Assembly: GCF_008000775.2 (NCBI RefSeq)
Contig: NZ_CP042905.2
Location: forward strand, 930,001-962,000
Reading direction: 5' to 3'
DNA: 32,000 bases
From: Promethearchaeum syntrophicum
GTDB lineage: Archaea; Asgardarchaeota; Lokiarchaeia; Sigyniarchaeales; Promethearchaeaceae
The position numbers and the translations under genes were made by a program. Shown here piece after piece: positions 10,152 through 19,474 of this stretch (position 1 is its first letter; each line of letters begins with the position of its first letter). Under the pieces are notes generated by a model. It did not search any database, was not told where the DNA came from, and saw only the letters and a list, made by a program, of their open reading frames with translations.

Positions 10152-11156
10152 ATGACAATAATTACAGAATCGGGGAAATTCTCAGAAAATTTGTATTTAA
10201 TTGACACCGAACAATTCTTAAATAAGAGAATTACAACAGTTTTTTGTTATTGGGATGGAAAAAACTGTTATCTTATTGATATTGGCACCAGCGATAATGT
10301 TCAAACTATATTACGCTTTCTTAAAAATAATGAAATTCCCCTTCAAAAGGTAAAAGGCTTGTTCCTTAGCCACTATCATTTTGATCATGGTGGAGGTGCC
10401 ACTAAGTTATGGAAAACCATCCATAGGAAAAATAACAACTCAACATTTAAGATAATTACCACAAGGGAAACAAAAGAAAAACTCCAAAACGCAGAAAGCC
10501 ATGTAATGGGCGCAAAAACAACATTTGGTAATTTTGTGGGCGAAATGAAACCAATACCTGTGGATTTAGAAGAAAATGCGTATGAAATTATATCATTCGA
10601 TAAGGATTATGAATTATCCTCTATAGAAAAAATAACGATTCGATTGCTCTCTACTCCAGGGCATTCCAATGATCATTGTAGTCCAACAATATTTAGAAAT
10701 GGTCTTCCAATATTTTGTTTTGTTGGAGAAGCATCAGGATGTTTATATAATGGATCTGAGCTTTTATCCCAACCAACTTCCATGCCTCCCAATTTTCAGT
10801 TTGAAAAATATATGAACAGCCTCGAGAAATTAATCAACTTAAATCCCGAAAAACTTGGATTGTGCCATTTTGGAGTCATTTCAGGAAAAAATGATGTAAA
10901 AACTTATTTAAATGGGCATAAAAAATACATGATTGATTTTAGAGCTGCCGTTATCGAATTATATACTAAAAATCAAAGCACGCGTTATATTATTGAGAAT
11001 TTGAAAGAGGATTTCTTCAATGATGAAAAATTCATAGATAATTATTACAGGAAATTAAACAATCACTCTAATTTCCTCTCAAATTTACGCCTTGCTTTGA
11101 CTTATGGCATGATGATTTCGCTTGGTTTTCGAAAACCAAAGTATGAACTTAAATAA
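10152..11156 (+). CDS. Metallo-beta-lactamase-fold hydrolase
   Basis: LFLSHYHFDHGGGA (HxHxDH), TPGHSNDHC, LCHFG. Confidence 0.93.
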   Translation: MTIITESGKFSENLYLIDTEQFLNKRITTVFCYWDGKNCYLIDIGTSDNVQTILRFLKNNEIPLQKVKGLFLSHYHFDHGGGATKLWKTIHRKNNNSTFKIITTRETKEKLQNAESHVMGAKTTFGNFVGEMKPIPVDLEENAYEIISFDKDYELSSIEKITIRLLSTPGHSNDHCSPTIFRNGLPIFCFVGEASGCLYNGSELLSQPTSMPPNFQFEKYMNSLEKLINLNPEKLGLCHFGVISGKNDVKTYLNGHKKYMIDFRAAVIELYTKNQSTRYIIENLKEDFFNDEKFIDNYYRKLNNHSNFLSNLRLALTYGMMISLGFRKPKYELK

Positions 11157-11178
11157 AATTAGGTGTGCAAATGTTTTT

Positions 11179-11793
11179 TTATATAATTTTAACATTTTTC
11201 TTATCGTAAGGTGGTATTTTTAAGATCTGTTTAACTAGTTCTTTGAAAATTATATCGACATTGAATCCAGTTTTGCTTGATGTGTCATAAGATGCCTTTA
11301 CTCCTAATTCTTTTTGAAAATCTTCAAGAGTTTTTGGATCAAATTTATATTCTGGATCAATAAGGTCTAATTTAGTGCCTACCATAATTCTCGGAACATC
11401 TCCTGCATTTGATATTAACAATGGATTCCAATCTCTTTTTAAATTTTCCAAAGTAACAAATCGAGTCAGATCATGTACAATCAATGCTGCATTAGCACCA
11501 GTAATAAATTGTGGTAAAAGTGGTGTGAACCGTTCTTGTCCACCAAAATCCCAGATAGATAAACCTATTCTTATTTTTATTCCATCTTCTTCAGCGGGGA
11601 TCGAAAATGAGTTAAAAGAAAGTCCAATTGTTAGTTTTGTGTCAACATCGAATTCATTAAAACAAAATCTATTAGTTAAAGCAGTTTTACCACAACCTCC
11701 ATCCCCTAACAAAACGATTTTGAATTGATATTTAATATCCTCTTCAGAATCTTCAATATTATAAGATGAATCTTGGTTAGCGAGCTGCATCAT
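11179..11793 (-). CDS. Rab/Ras-like small GTPase (Asgard type)
   Basis: G1 GDGGCGKTAL, G2 Thr in KLTIGLSF, G3 WDFGGQERF, G4 GTKLDL, G5 TSSKTG. No C-terminal prenylation Cys (ends KKNVKII). Confidence 0.96.
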   Translation of the reverse strand: MMQLANQDSSYNIEDSEEDIKYQFKIVLLGDGGCGKTALTNRFCFNEFDVDTKLTIGLSFNSFSIPAEEDGIKIRIGLSIWDFGGQERFTPLLPQFITGANAALIVHDLTRFVTLENLKRDWNPLLISNAGDVPRIMVGTKLDLIDPEYKFDPKTLEDFQKELGVKASYDTSSKTGFNVDIIFKELVKQILKIPPYDKKNVKII

Positions 11794-12016
11794 AAATCAG
11801 TTCAACAAGTTTTTTGAATAATAAGATTTGTTCTAATGAATTTTAAATCTATTCAAAAGGCTTCTAATTATTTTTACTAAGTAATCAAACGTTTATGATG
11901 AGTTAAGTTTGCAGTATTAGAAATTTTCCAAGAAATATTAGAAAACTTTCAAAAAAATTATTTCTTTTCTTAAAAAGAATAGAAAAAAAATTAGATTTTG
12001 AATTACAACTTAAGAA

Positions 12017-12742
12017 TTACTTACTCTTAGTTGATTTCTTAGTTGATTTCTTAGTTGTTTTCTTTGCAGCTTTCTTAGGTGTAGGTTTTGCAGCAGTTGA
12101 ACTAAGGATATCAATCGAATGTTGGTGAAACTTTAATAAAAGATCCTTATGTTTCTTTAAAACTTCCTTTAAGACTTTCTTTTCTTTTGTCTTATATTTA
12201 GCATCGACTTTTTCAAGTGCTGCTTCTTTATTTTTCACAAGGTCAAAGGATTCTCCAACCAACCTAGCGCCTTCATTCACCACTTCTTCTTGTGCTGCTA
12301 TTTTTTCTTCTACCCTTTCCTCAGCATTTTCAAGTTTCTCTAATTTAGCTTTGCCTCGTTCCAACGATTTCTTATCTTTTTCGTGGTCCTTAATTGTTTT
12401 TTCAACGTCTTTCTTCATATCTTGAAGTTCTAACCAGTCCTCTACTAATTCCTCCAATGGAACTATACAATCAGTATTTAAACTTTCAACTAATTCTTTT
12501 CTACTTGCCTCAATATTTTCCAAAGTATCTGAAAAAGGACCGGTTTCAAAATGCTCTGCATTTTTCAAATATTCAATGTATTTTTGGTTTTCTAATGAAA
12601 ATCTTTCATTATATTTACCAAAATCTTTAATTTCTTTTATCAGCTTAGTTAATTCTAAACTTGAAGTCGCTAATTTGTCTGATACTTTATTCAGACTACC
12701 TTTCATTTTATCTAAAAACGAAGTTTTCTCGCTCATAAACAA
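12017..12742 (-). CDS. Long coiled-coil protein, BAR-domain-like, with Lys/Thr-rich C-terminal tail
   Basis: Helical heptad-rich 200 aa, N-terminal amphipathic segment SFLDKMKGSLNKVSDKL, VPLEELVEDWLELQDMKKDVEKTIKDHEKDKK, then ...KPTPKKAAKKTTKKSTKKSTKSK. Confidence 0.85.
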   Translation of the reverse strand: MFMSEKTSFLDKMKGSLNKVSDKLATSSLELTKLIKEIKDFGKYNERFSLENQKYIEYLKNAEHFETGPFSDTLENIEASRKELVESLNTDCIVPLEELVEDWLELQDMKKDVEKTIKDHEKDKKSLERGKAKLEKLENAEERVEEKIAAQEEVVNEGARLVGESFDLVKNKEAALEKVDAKYKTKEKKVLKEVLKKHKDLLLKFHQHSIDILSSTAAKPTPKKAAKKTTKKSTKKSTKSK

Positions 12743-12884
12743 AATCTGCTTTTTTTACTTAAAAAAGTTATCGAATAAAATCTAATAATTATGTGAATAG
12801 AGGAAAAATCTTGAAAATAATATATAAGTTTATATACTTCGTTAAAATTAAATAATAGTTATTTTAGATTGAAGGTCATCAAAA

Positions 12885-13739
12885 ATGGAAACGAATTTAA
12901 TTCTTTTATTTATTACAGCGGCAATTAAAACTGCAGTTTTATTCTTAATAGCTTCATACCTCATTAATAAATGGGCAAAACAAAAATTAAAATATTTTAC
13001 AGATTTTCCCTTTCTAAACGCTTTAGGATTTTACATTTTTAGTTTTGGTAAACTTTTGGATATGTTTTTATATTATCACTTTATTAATACTCCCAATTTA
13101 GCGATTTTGAATGATTCTTCTGCCCTTTTGCTAGGAAGGATACGTTTTATTTTAAGTCCAATTTTGGTAGTTCTCCCATATTTTATTTTAATGCTAGTAA
13201 TTTGGTTAGAAAACAGAAAAAAAATTCAGAAAGTGCTAGGATTTGGATGGATAGTTTTAAGTATTGTTGCTGTACTCTTAGCTAAAGGATACACACAGTT
13301 TTTGTTTTTCAATTTGATTATTGCTTTCCCGGTTATTTTGCTATCAATAATTTCATTCGCAGTCATCCATCATCAGCAAAAATTACCCCAAATTAATTCT
13401 TTATTCATAACTATCGGATGGGGGGCTTATTTAATAACTCAAATTATCAGACCGTTTTGGATATCTCTTGGAAATAGTTCATGGGGATTAACTTGGGTAG
13501 GAGAATTTGTGGAATTAATCTCAATGACTATTATTGGTATAGGATTTATCAGACCTGCATCATATTTCGAGAAAAGTATTAATCAATTTTTAATAAAAAA
13601 AACTTTTGAGAATGATGATTCGATTGAAATTGATGATAGAAATGAAGTGAATGAAAAAAATAATGAGACTGAAGAACATGAGGAAATAATTGAAGTTACT
13701 CCAAAATGGAAATATGACGTAGAGTGCTATATTCCCTAA
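12885..13739 (+). CDS. Multi-pass (about 7 TM) membrane protein with charged cytoplasmic tail
   Basis: Seven hydrophobic segments readable by eye, followed by an acidic C-terminal tail (DDSIEIDDRNEVNEKNNETEEHEE). Confidence 0.85.
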   Translation: METNLILLFITAAIKTAVLFLIASYLINKWAKQKLKYFTDFPFLNALGFYIFSFGKLLDMFLYYHFINTPNLAILNDSSALLLGRIRFILSPILVVLPYFILMLVIWLENRKKIQKVLGFGWIVLSIVAVLLAKGYTQFLFFNLIIAFPVILLSIISFAVIHHQQKLPQINSLFITIGWGAYLITQIIRPFWISLGNSSWGLTWVGEFVELISMTIIGIGFIRPASYFEKSINQFLIKKTFENDDSIEIDDRNEVNEKNNETEEHEEIIEVTPKWKYDVECYIP

Positions 13740-13821
13740 TTTTTTCCTTCCCTATACCTTTTGACCGTATTTTTCAATAAAATTTGTAAATTAAATATAA
13801 GATGAAAAATTTATTAAAATT

Positions 13822-14388
13822 ATGATGAAAGAAGAAAATTTATATTGGAAATCTATAATTCCAGGTCCAGAAATTCCGAAACGGATGTACGCAATTATAG
13901 AATGCCCAAAAGGCACTCAAAATAAATATGAAATGTCAAAAAATACAAACCTATTAAAACTTGACCGAGTGTTACATTCCAGTGTTATTTATCCGCAAGA
14001 TTATGGGTTCATCCCTGGTACTTATGCTGATGATGGAGATCCCTTAGATATTTTAGTATTAATTACTCATCCAACTTATCCCTTAACTTGTTTGGAAGTC
14101 AAACCAATTGGGGTTCTACTTATGGAAGATCAAAGCGGTGTGGACGAGAAGATTTTAGCGGTGTCAGAATTTGACCCTGTTTACCAAAACTATGAAGATA
14201 TTGTGCAACTTCCTCAGCATTTCATAGATGAAATCCAAGAATTCTTTCGCACATATAAGAATTTGGAAGAAAAATCTTATTCTGAAGTGAAGGAATGGAA
14301 AGGTCGGGATTATGCACATATGGTGATCAATAATTGCGTTGAAGCTTTCAAAAAGAAATTCGGGGATATTGCCCAAATCCATCCATAA
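13822..14388 (+). CDS. ppa: Inorganic pyrophosphatase (class I)
   Basis: YWKSIIPGPEIPKRMYAIIECPKGTQNKYE, YPQDYGFIPGTYADDGDPLDILVL, KPIGVLLMEDQSGVDEKI. Confidence 0.95.
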   Translation: MMKEENLYWKSIIPGPEIPKRMYAIIECPKGTQNKYEMSKNTNLLKLDRVLHSSVIYPQDYGFIPGTYADDGDPLDILVLITHPTYPLTCLEVKPIGVLLMEDQSGVDEKILAVSEFDPVYQNYEDIVQLPQHFIDEIQEFFRTYKNLEEKSYSEVKEWKGRDYAHMVINNCVEAFKKKFGDIAQIHP

Positions 14389-14545
14389 CGTTAACCAAAA
14401 ATTCATTAGCTATCAATCTCTTTTATTATAATCTCTGAAATTTTTCCTTTATTATACAAAAAAATCAGAATTAGAAAAAAAAAATAAAATTCTATTAATA
14501 ATAATCGGAAAAAAATTAAAACTAGAGATCTTATTTAAAATTATT

Positions 14546-14842
14546 ATGTTGATTAAAAGAAATAAGACTTGGATAAAGTGGGCAGATTATTTCGATGCTA
14601 AAGTAAATAAAATCTTAGAAGAAAATCCAGGAAAATGGCTAACCCTGCAAGTCGAGGTAAATCAAGACACATGGGATGAAATAAAAGATGTTCCTGAAGA
14701 TCAAATAGAAAAACTAACGTTAATTGAATACTTAAGAGGCTTTACTTTCAAAATGGCAAGGTTTGCAAAAGAAATAAAGATAAATCCAGATGAAAATTTG
14801 AAGGGTGAATATTTAGAAGTGAATATTTTGAAAACTAGTTAA
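14546..14842 (+). CDS. Small hypothetical protein
   Basis: 98-aa ORF with globular composition and no overlapping alternative. Confidence 0.65.
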   Translation: MLIKRNKTWIKWADYFDAKVNKILEENPGKWLTLQVEVNQDTWDEIKDVPEDQIEKLTLIEYLRGFTFKMARFAKEIKINPDENLKGEYLEVNILKTS

Positions 14843-14893
14843 TCTAATTCTTAAAAAAAAAATGGAGAAAAATAAAATTTTCAGTTACGCAGA

Positions 14894-16114
14894 TTATTGA
14901 TTCAAATATGGTTTTAAAGCCAGTTTTATTCGTTCTAAAGCATCTTTTAGAATAGATAAAGGACAAGCAATATTAATTCTTTGAAATCCTAATCCCCCTT
15001 TTCCAAACATCGGGCCACTATCTAATCCAACTTTAGCTTCTTTCTTCAATATATCGTCCAATTCATTCTGAGGTAATTTTATTTCGCGAAAATCCATCCA
15101 TATCAAATAAGTCCCCTCAGGTTCAAAAACACCTACACCTGGTAATTTATCTTGAATGAAATTTTTAAGAAACACATAATTTTTCCGAATATATATCATC
15201 ACAGCATCCACCCAATCCTCACAATCATTATAGGCCGCTTTTAAAGCAATGGCTCCAAATAATCCGGGCATTGTAAGTGATTGATTTTCCATTTGATTTA
15301 TAAAAATCTGTCTTTTAATCGGATCTGGTATCAGAATATTAGATGTTTGTAATCCTGCAATGTTAAATGTTTTGCTTCCTGCTGTACATGTGACAGAATT
15401 TTGTGCAAAATCTTCTGATATTGAAGCAAAAGGAGTATATTTATATCCAGGGAAAATTAGATCGCAATGTATTTCATCAGAAATAACTAAGATATTATTT
15501 TTAACACAAATATTTCCAATTTTTTCCAATTCTTCACGTTTCCAAACTCGACTAATTGGATTATGGGGATTACATAGAATAAGTATTTTTGCGCGAGGAT
15601 CTTTAATTTTTTCTTTTAAATCTTCAAAATCCATTTCATAATGATTATGAACCAATTTCAAGGGATTTATTAAAGCTCTTCGACCATTATTTTTAATCGA
15701 TTCTTTAAAAGGATAGTAAACAGGTTCTTGGATCAAAATCTTATCACCCGGTTTGCTAAAAGCCAGTAGCAAATTACATATTGCCGATACTGTTCCTGGA
15801 CTATAAATAAACCATTCTCTTTGAATTTTCCAATTATGCCTTCTTTCGAACCAATTTATTACTGCCTCGTAGTAATCTTCTTCTGGTAAAGTATATCCAA
15901 AAATTCCATGATTTACCCGGTCTATCATTGCTTTGGTAATAGGTTCAGGAGCACGAAAATCCATATCTGCCACCCATAGAGGTAAAAGATCTTCATATTT
16001 TAGCCACTTTTTTAAAAAATTTGGTTCCCATTTAATAGTTCCGTAGCATTTTCGGTTAATTAATTCATCAAAATTCCATTTTCTTGTTATTTCTTCCATT
16101 GTTTTCTTATCCAT
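14894..16114 (-). CDS. patB: PLP-dependent aminotransferase, MalY/PatB (cystathionine beta-lyase) type
   Basis: KWEPNFLKKWLKYEDLLPLWVADMDFRAPEPI, FGYTLP, NPHNPISRVW, SDEIHCDLIFPG, TAGSKTFNIAGL. Confidence 0.93.
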   Translation of the reverse strand: MDKKTMEEITRKWNFDELINRKCYGTIKWEPNFLKKWLKYEDLLPLWVADMDFRAPEPITKAMIDRVNHGIFGYTLPEEDYYEAVINWFERRHNWKIQREWFIYSPGTVSAICNLLLAFSKPGDKILIQEPVYYPFKESIKNNGRRALINPLKLVHNHYEMDFEDLKEKIKDPRAKILILCNPHNPISRVWKREELEKIGNICVKNNILVISDEIHCDLIFPGYKYTPFASISEDFAQNSVTCTAGSKTFNIAGLQTSNILIPDPIKRQIFINQMENQSLTMPGLFGAIALKAAYNDCEDWVDAVMIYIRKNYVFLKNFIQDKLPGVGVFEPEGTYLIWMDFREIKLPQNELDDILKKEAKVGLDSGPMFGKGGLGFQRINIACPLSILKDALERIKLALKPYLNQ

Positions 16115-16352
16115 TAGTAATATATTTCTATATAAGTTTTTGTATTTTTTTATTTTTTGTCTGCAAAGTCTTCCATTATTGAGTATATTGTTGGAATTAT
16201 CATATCAATTTCAATTTCTGGTAATAATTTGGTAATAAAAAAGACTCAAATACCAGTTTGACAATCGGACTAAGTATTGTTAAAAAAAATTACGTAAAAA
16301 AGAGAAGTAAATAAAAAATATTATTCATAAGTATAAAACTACTTTTCTAAAT

Positions 16353-17180
16353 TCATTTCTTTTTGTATATTTTATAAGCAGAAATAATTTCAGGAGGGCA
16401 TCTTTTACATTTTGAGAGATGTCTCAATACAGATACTTTGGATTTTTGACAAAATGGACAAATTTCTTTGATATTCTCGCCAGTACCAACTTTTTTTATT
16501 TTATCGATGACTTCCGCTTCAAAATCAATAGAAGATACTTCTTCGCTTTCTTCTGATTTGTCTTCTTTTTCATCAAAATCCTCTATTTCTTCTTCAAACT
16601 CTTCATCTTCTTCGTCTTCTTCATCTGATTCTTTCAAAGGTCCATGTTTTTTACCAAGTCCTTCCTCACTTTCGTCTTCATAATCAATAACTTCTTTCTC
16701 TTCTTTTTCGTGCCCGATGATTAATTCTTCTTCATCTTCTTCAGTTACTTTCTCAATTTCGAAATCATCATCATCATCATCGTCATCTTCAACTTTTTTC
16801 TTTGATTTCTTCTTAGATTTTTTCTTTTTGACAATAATTTCCTCTTCATCTTCTAATTCATCTTCTTCTTCTTCTTCTAAATCCATTACGAAATCATCAT
16901 CAGAATATTCTAGATCATTTTCATCAAATTGAAAATCTTTCGCTTCCGTTGCAACATACATTTCTTTATGAGTTAATTGAGAAGAATTTTCAACATAGAG
17001 TGAACATATTTGGCATATTACATTATATGGACTTAAATTAAATTTTCTTGCAGTACAATAACAGAGAGGTTTTCTAGCGTTTGAAATTTCGTCGATATTC
17101 TTTAAATGTTTACAAGCAATCGTTCTTATTGTTTTTTTTGCTTTTGTGGTTTTTTTCTTTTTTGCCATATCTTTAGCCAA
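16353..17180 (-). CDS. Low-complexity acidic protein with flanking Cys clusters (zinc-binding-like)
   Basis: N-terminal KKKKTTKAKK, Cys pattern CKHL...CYC...CQIC, about 130 aa of Asp/Glu runs, C-terminal CPFCQKSKVSVLRHLSKCKRCP. Confidence 0.8.
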   Translation of the reverse strand: MAKDMAKKKKTTKAKKTIRTIACKHLKNIDEISNARKPLCYCTARKFNLSPYNVICQICSLYVENSSQLTHKEMYVATEAKDFQFDENDLEYSDDDFVMDLEEEEEDELEDEEEIIVKKKKSKKKSKKKVEDDDDDDDDFEIEKVTEEDEEELIIGHEKEEKEVIDYEDESEEGLGKKHGPLKESDEEDEEDEEFEEEIEDFDEKEDKSEESEEVSSIDFEAEVIDKIKKVGTGENIKEICPFCQKSKVSVLRHLSKCKRCPPEIISAYKIYKKK

Positions 17181-17238
17181 TCTCTTTTTTCAGTATTAAT
17201 GTTATTTTTAATATTTCATTAAAAAAAAAATTTTTGGT

Positions 17239-18015
17239 TTAGGAAATATCAAGAAGTTTTAGCATTCTCTTAATAGGAATTCCAAAAGTTGCTAAGTACA
17301 TAGTTTTGCCCTTATCTTGATCTGAAATTACATTTTTTTCTCTAAGATTTATAGTTTTTTCCTTTACATGTTCCAAAAAACCTCTCCATTCTTGACGAAA
17401 AATCATATATTCATCTCGAGTTAGATATTGAAAAGAATTAAGAATTTCAAATTGAGATTGTAGATTTCCTTGATCATCATAAACCAACTCTCCTTTCTTG
17501 TTTCTCAAAAATTGCATCATTTCTCTTAATTCTAAAACCGTATCTTGAGATAATCCTGATTCAGAATCATTTTTCATTTTTTTAGCAAAATCCACTAGTA
17601 TTTGGAGATTATTTTGATTAATTTCGCTCATTATTCTTTCAATATTAATAATTTTTACAAGTTGTTTTTCTGAGAGTTCTTTTGTAAAATCTATGGAATT
17701 TTCAAGCTCTCTTATTCTTTCTTCATAATCTTCAGCTAAATGATAAATAAAATTCCCCTTTTTATCACGTGTTGTTGGTTCTGAAATAATTCCTCTTTCT
17801 TGTAAATCTTGCAAGTGAATATTGACAGTAGATTTACTTTTCCCTAGTAATTTTTCCAATTCTTGACTGCTTAGTTTTCCATACATCTCTAAATAGCTAT
17901 AAATCCGAAATTTTGGTTTTATCAGTAAAATTTCTAAATTCGTTAAGTTCTCTTTTTTCCTCTTATGTTTAGATTTTTCTATTTTCTTTATTTTTTGATC
18001 GTACATTTTTATCAC
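17239..18015 (-). CDS. Winged-HTH transcriptional regulator (ArsR/TrmB-like)
   Basis: N-terminal KPKFRIYSYLEMYGKLSSQELEKLLGKSKSTVNIHLQDLQERGIISEP wHTH signature. Confidence 0.85.
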   Translation of the reverse strand: MIKMYDQKIKKIEKSKHKRKKENLTNLEILLIKPKFRIYSYLEMYGKLSSQELEKLLGKSKSTVNIHLQDLQERGIISEPTTRDKKGNFIYHLAEDYEERIRELENSIDFTKELSEKQLVKIINIERIMSEINQNNLQILVDFAKKMKNDSESGLSQDTVLELREMMQFLRNKKGELVYDDQGNLQSQFEILNSFQYLTRDEYMIFRQEWRGFLEHVKEKTINLREKNVISDQDKGKTMYLATFGIPIKRMLKLLDIS

Positions 18016-18091
18016 TAATTTAAAATTTTAATCCTATTTTTCTATAAAAAATGCAATCATTTAAATACTTGGGTTTTTTATATTTATTTGG

Positions 18092-18149
18092 ATTCGATTT
18101 TTCTAAATAAATTCGAATTGTTCTTCGAATAAAATTGGAATAATCGAAT
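18092..18149. promoter_or_regulatory. Cluster of TTCGAAT/ATTCGA half-sites between divergent genes (candidate operator)
   Basis: ATTCGAT at 18092, ATTCGAAT at 18111-18118, TTCGAAT at 18124-18130, ATCGAAT at 18143-18149. Confidence 0.35.
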
Positions 18150-18170
18150 AAAAACCCTCGGTGAAAAGAA

Positions 18171-18293
18171 ATGAAAAATATATCAAAATCCGCTATTATT
18201 GAAGATAATTTCCAATTTTCTCTGCAGAATGTCCAAATGAATATCATTGAAAAATATTATCATGAATTAGTCAGGAGTAAATCTTTTTTTTAA
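18171..18293 (+). CDS. Possible 40-aa peptide upstream of HEXXH/radical SAM genes, not in supplied track
   Basis: ATG preceded by GGTGAAAAGAA (GGTG SD-like). Reads MKNISKSAIIEDNFQFSLQNVQMNIIEKYYHELVRSKSFF*. Confidence 0.35.
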   Translation: MKNISKSAIIEDNFQFSLQNVQMNIIEKYYHELVRSKSFF

Positions 18294-18333
18294 TATTAAT
18301 GAGCAATTATAAACCATCATAAAGTGAAAAATT

Positions 18334-19416
18334 ATGGAAAAATCAATTAAAGAAACAATATCATATGAAAGTTCAACCATAGAAAGAATGATTTCTCTTT
18401 GTAAACAAATCAAAAATGGAGAAAATAAAATAAAAATAAAAGAGGAACTTGATGCGTTATTAGAAAGTCCGGATTACAAAATAGAATTTGCCCGTTATAA
18501 TGGACGAGTGTCAAAAGAAGATTTTAGAGATTATTTATTGAATTTTTTCTCATTAAATCCAGAAGAAATTCAAAATGAAGACTTAAAAGTGCGATATGAA
18601 CATTTCAAATATTTCTTTGATAATATAGAATTATATATCTCAAATATAGATAAAATTCATGAGATCTTTTCAATCACAACTCTTGAAGAACAGAAAAAAA
18701 TAGCTCAAATTGGCCTTCCTGAAGACCTTGAATTAGGTAATATCACTTTCTTATTTACTATCGGTGTTGGAATGTCATTTGGATGGCCATATTGTGATGA
18801 AAAACTAGGAAACTTTATTCATTTCGATTTCATTCAACTTTTTAAACAATTCTCAATTGAAGAAATTCATTCATTCATTGCTCATGAAATTCATCACATA
18901 GGTGTAAACCAATTACACGATAAAATAGATACCGCATCTATCTCGCTTGAACAGTTATTCTATCTATTGTTTTCAGGAGAGGGATTAGCAGTAAAATATT
19001 GTAATAATGCAGAAGGGATTCTTTCCAAACGATTCAATTCAGATATAACTCCTAACCTCGGCTTAGATCCATTTTCATGGGAATATCTTAACAATGATTT
19101 TCAAAATACATTTAAAGCATTTAAGGAACATTTAGAACAAATAAGAAGCGGAGAAATTTCAAATCAAGAAGAGCTTATGGGATTATTTCATAAATATTGG
19201 ATGAATGCACATACAGACGAACAAGATCGCTCAGATTCTCCTCAGCTCAAACAATCGCGTTTCTATAGTTTTGGAAATGAATTATGGGGCACAATCCAAG
19301 ATGTGTTTGGAAAATCAAAGGTGTATTGGTTATTTGATCATCTATCAGATTTTGCACATACTTTCAATGAAGCTCTTGAAATATCTGGAAAATCTGAATA
19401 TAAAATTCCTTTATAA
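18334..19416 (+). CDS. Putative Zn-dependent (HEXXH, gluzincin-like) peptidase family protein
   Basis: SFIAHEIHHIGVN (HEXXH) followed by FSGEGLAVKY, a plausible third-ligand Glu context. Confidence 0.75.
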   Translation: MEKSIKETISYESSTIERMISLCKQIKNGENKIKIKEELDALLESPDYKIEFARYNGRVSKEDFRDYLLNFFSLNPEEIQNEDLKVRYEHFKYFFDNIELYISNIDKIHEIFSITTLEEQKKIAQIGLPEDLELGNITFLFTIGVGMSFGWPYCDEKLGNFIHFDFIQLFKQFSIEEIHSFIAHEIHHIGVNQLHDKIDTASISLEQLFYLLFSGEGLAVKYCNNAEGILSKRFNSDITPNLGLDPFSWEYLNNDFQNTFKAFKEHLEQIRSGEISNQEELMGLFHKYWMNAHTDEQDRSDSPQLKQSRFYSFGNELWGTIQDVFGKSKVYWLFDHLSDFAHTFNEALEISGKSEYKIPL

Positions 19417-19474
19417 TATTTTTTTTAAATCGAATAATTTTTTTGTTTTTATATTATTATATCTTTGAGATTTT

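Noticed and set aside
11375-11728. Plus-strand 117-aa ORF
   Set aside because: Antisense of the small GTPase whose G motifs are unambiguous.
15360-15641. Plus-strand 93-aa ORF
   Set aside because: Antisense to the MalY/PatB gene core (including its PLP motif).
16468-16932. Two plus-strand Ser/Phe-rich ORFs, and an apparent GAT/TTC microsatellite
   Set aside because: Reverse complement of the Asp/Glu/Lys codon runs in the acidic protein; irregular codon-level repeats, not a tandem DNA repeat array.
18020-18247. Minus-strand 75-aa ORF
   Set aside because: Atypical composition and occupies the divergent promoter region containing the TTCGAAT sites.
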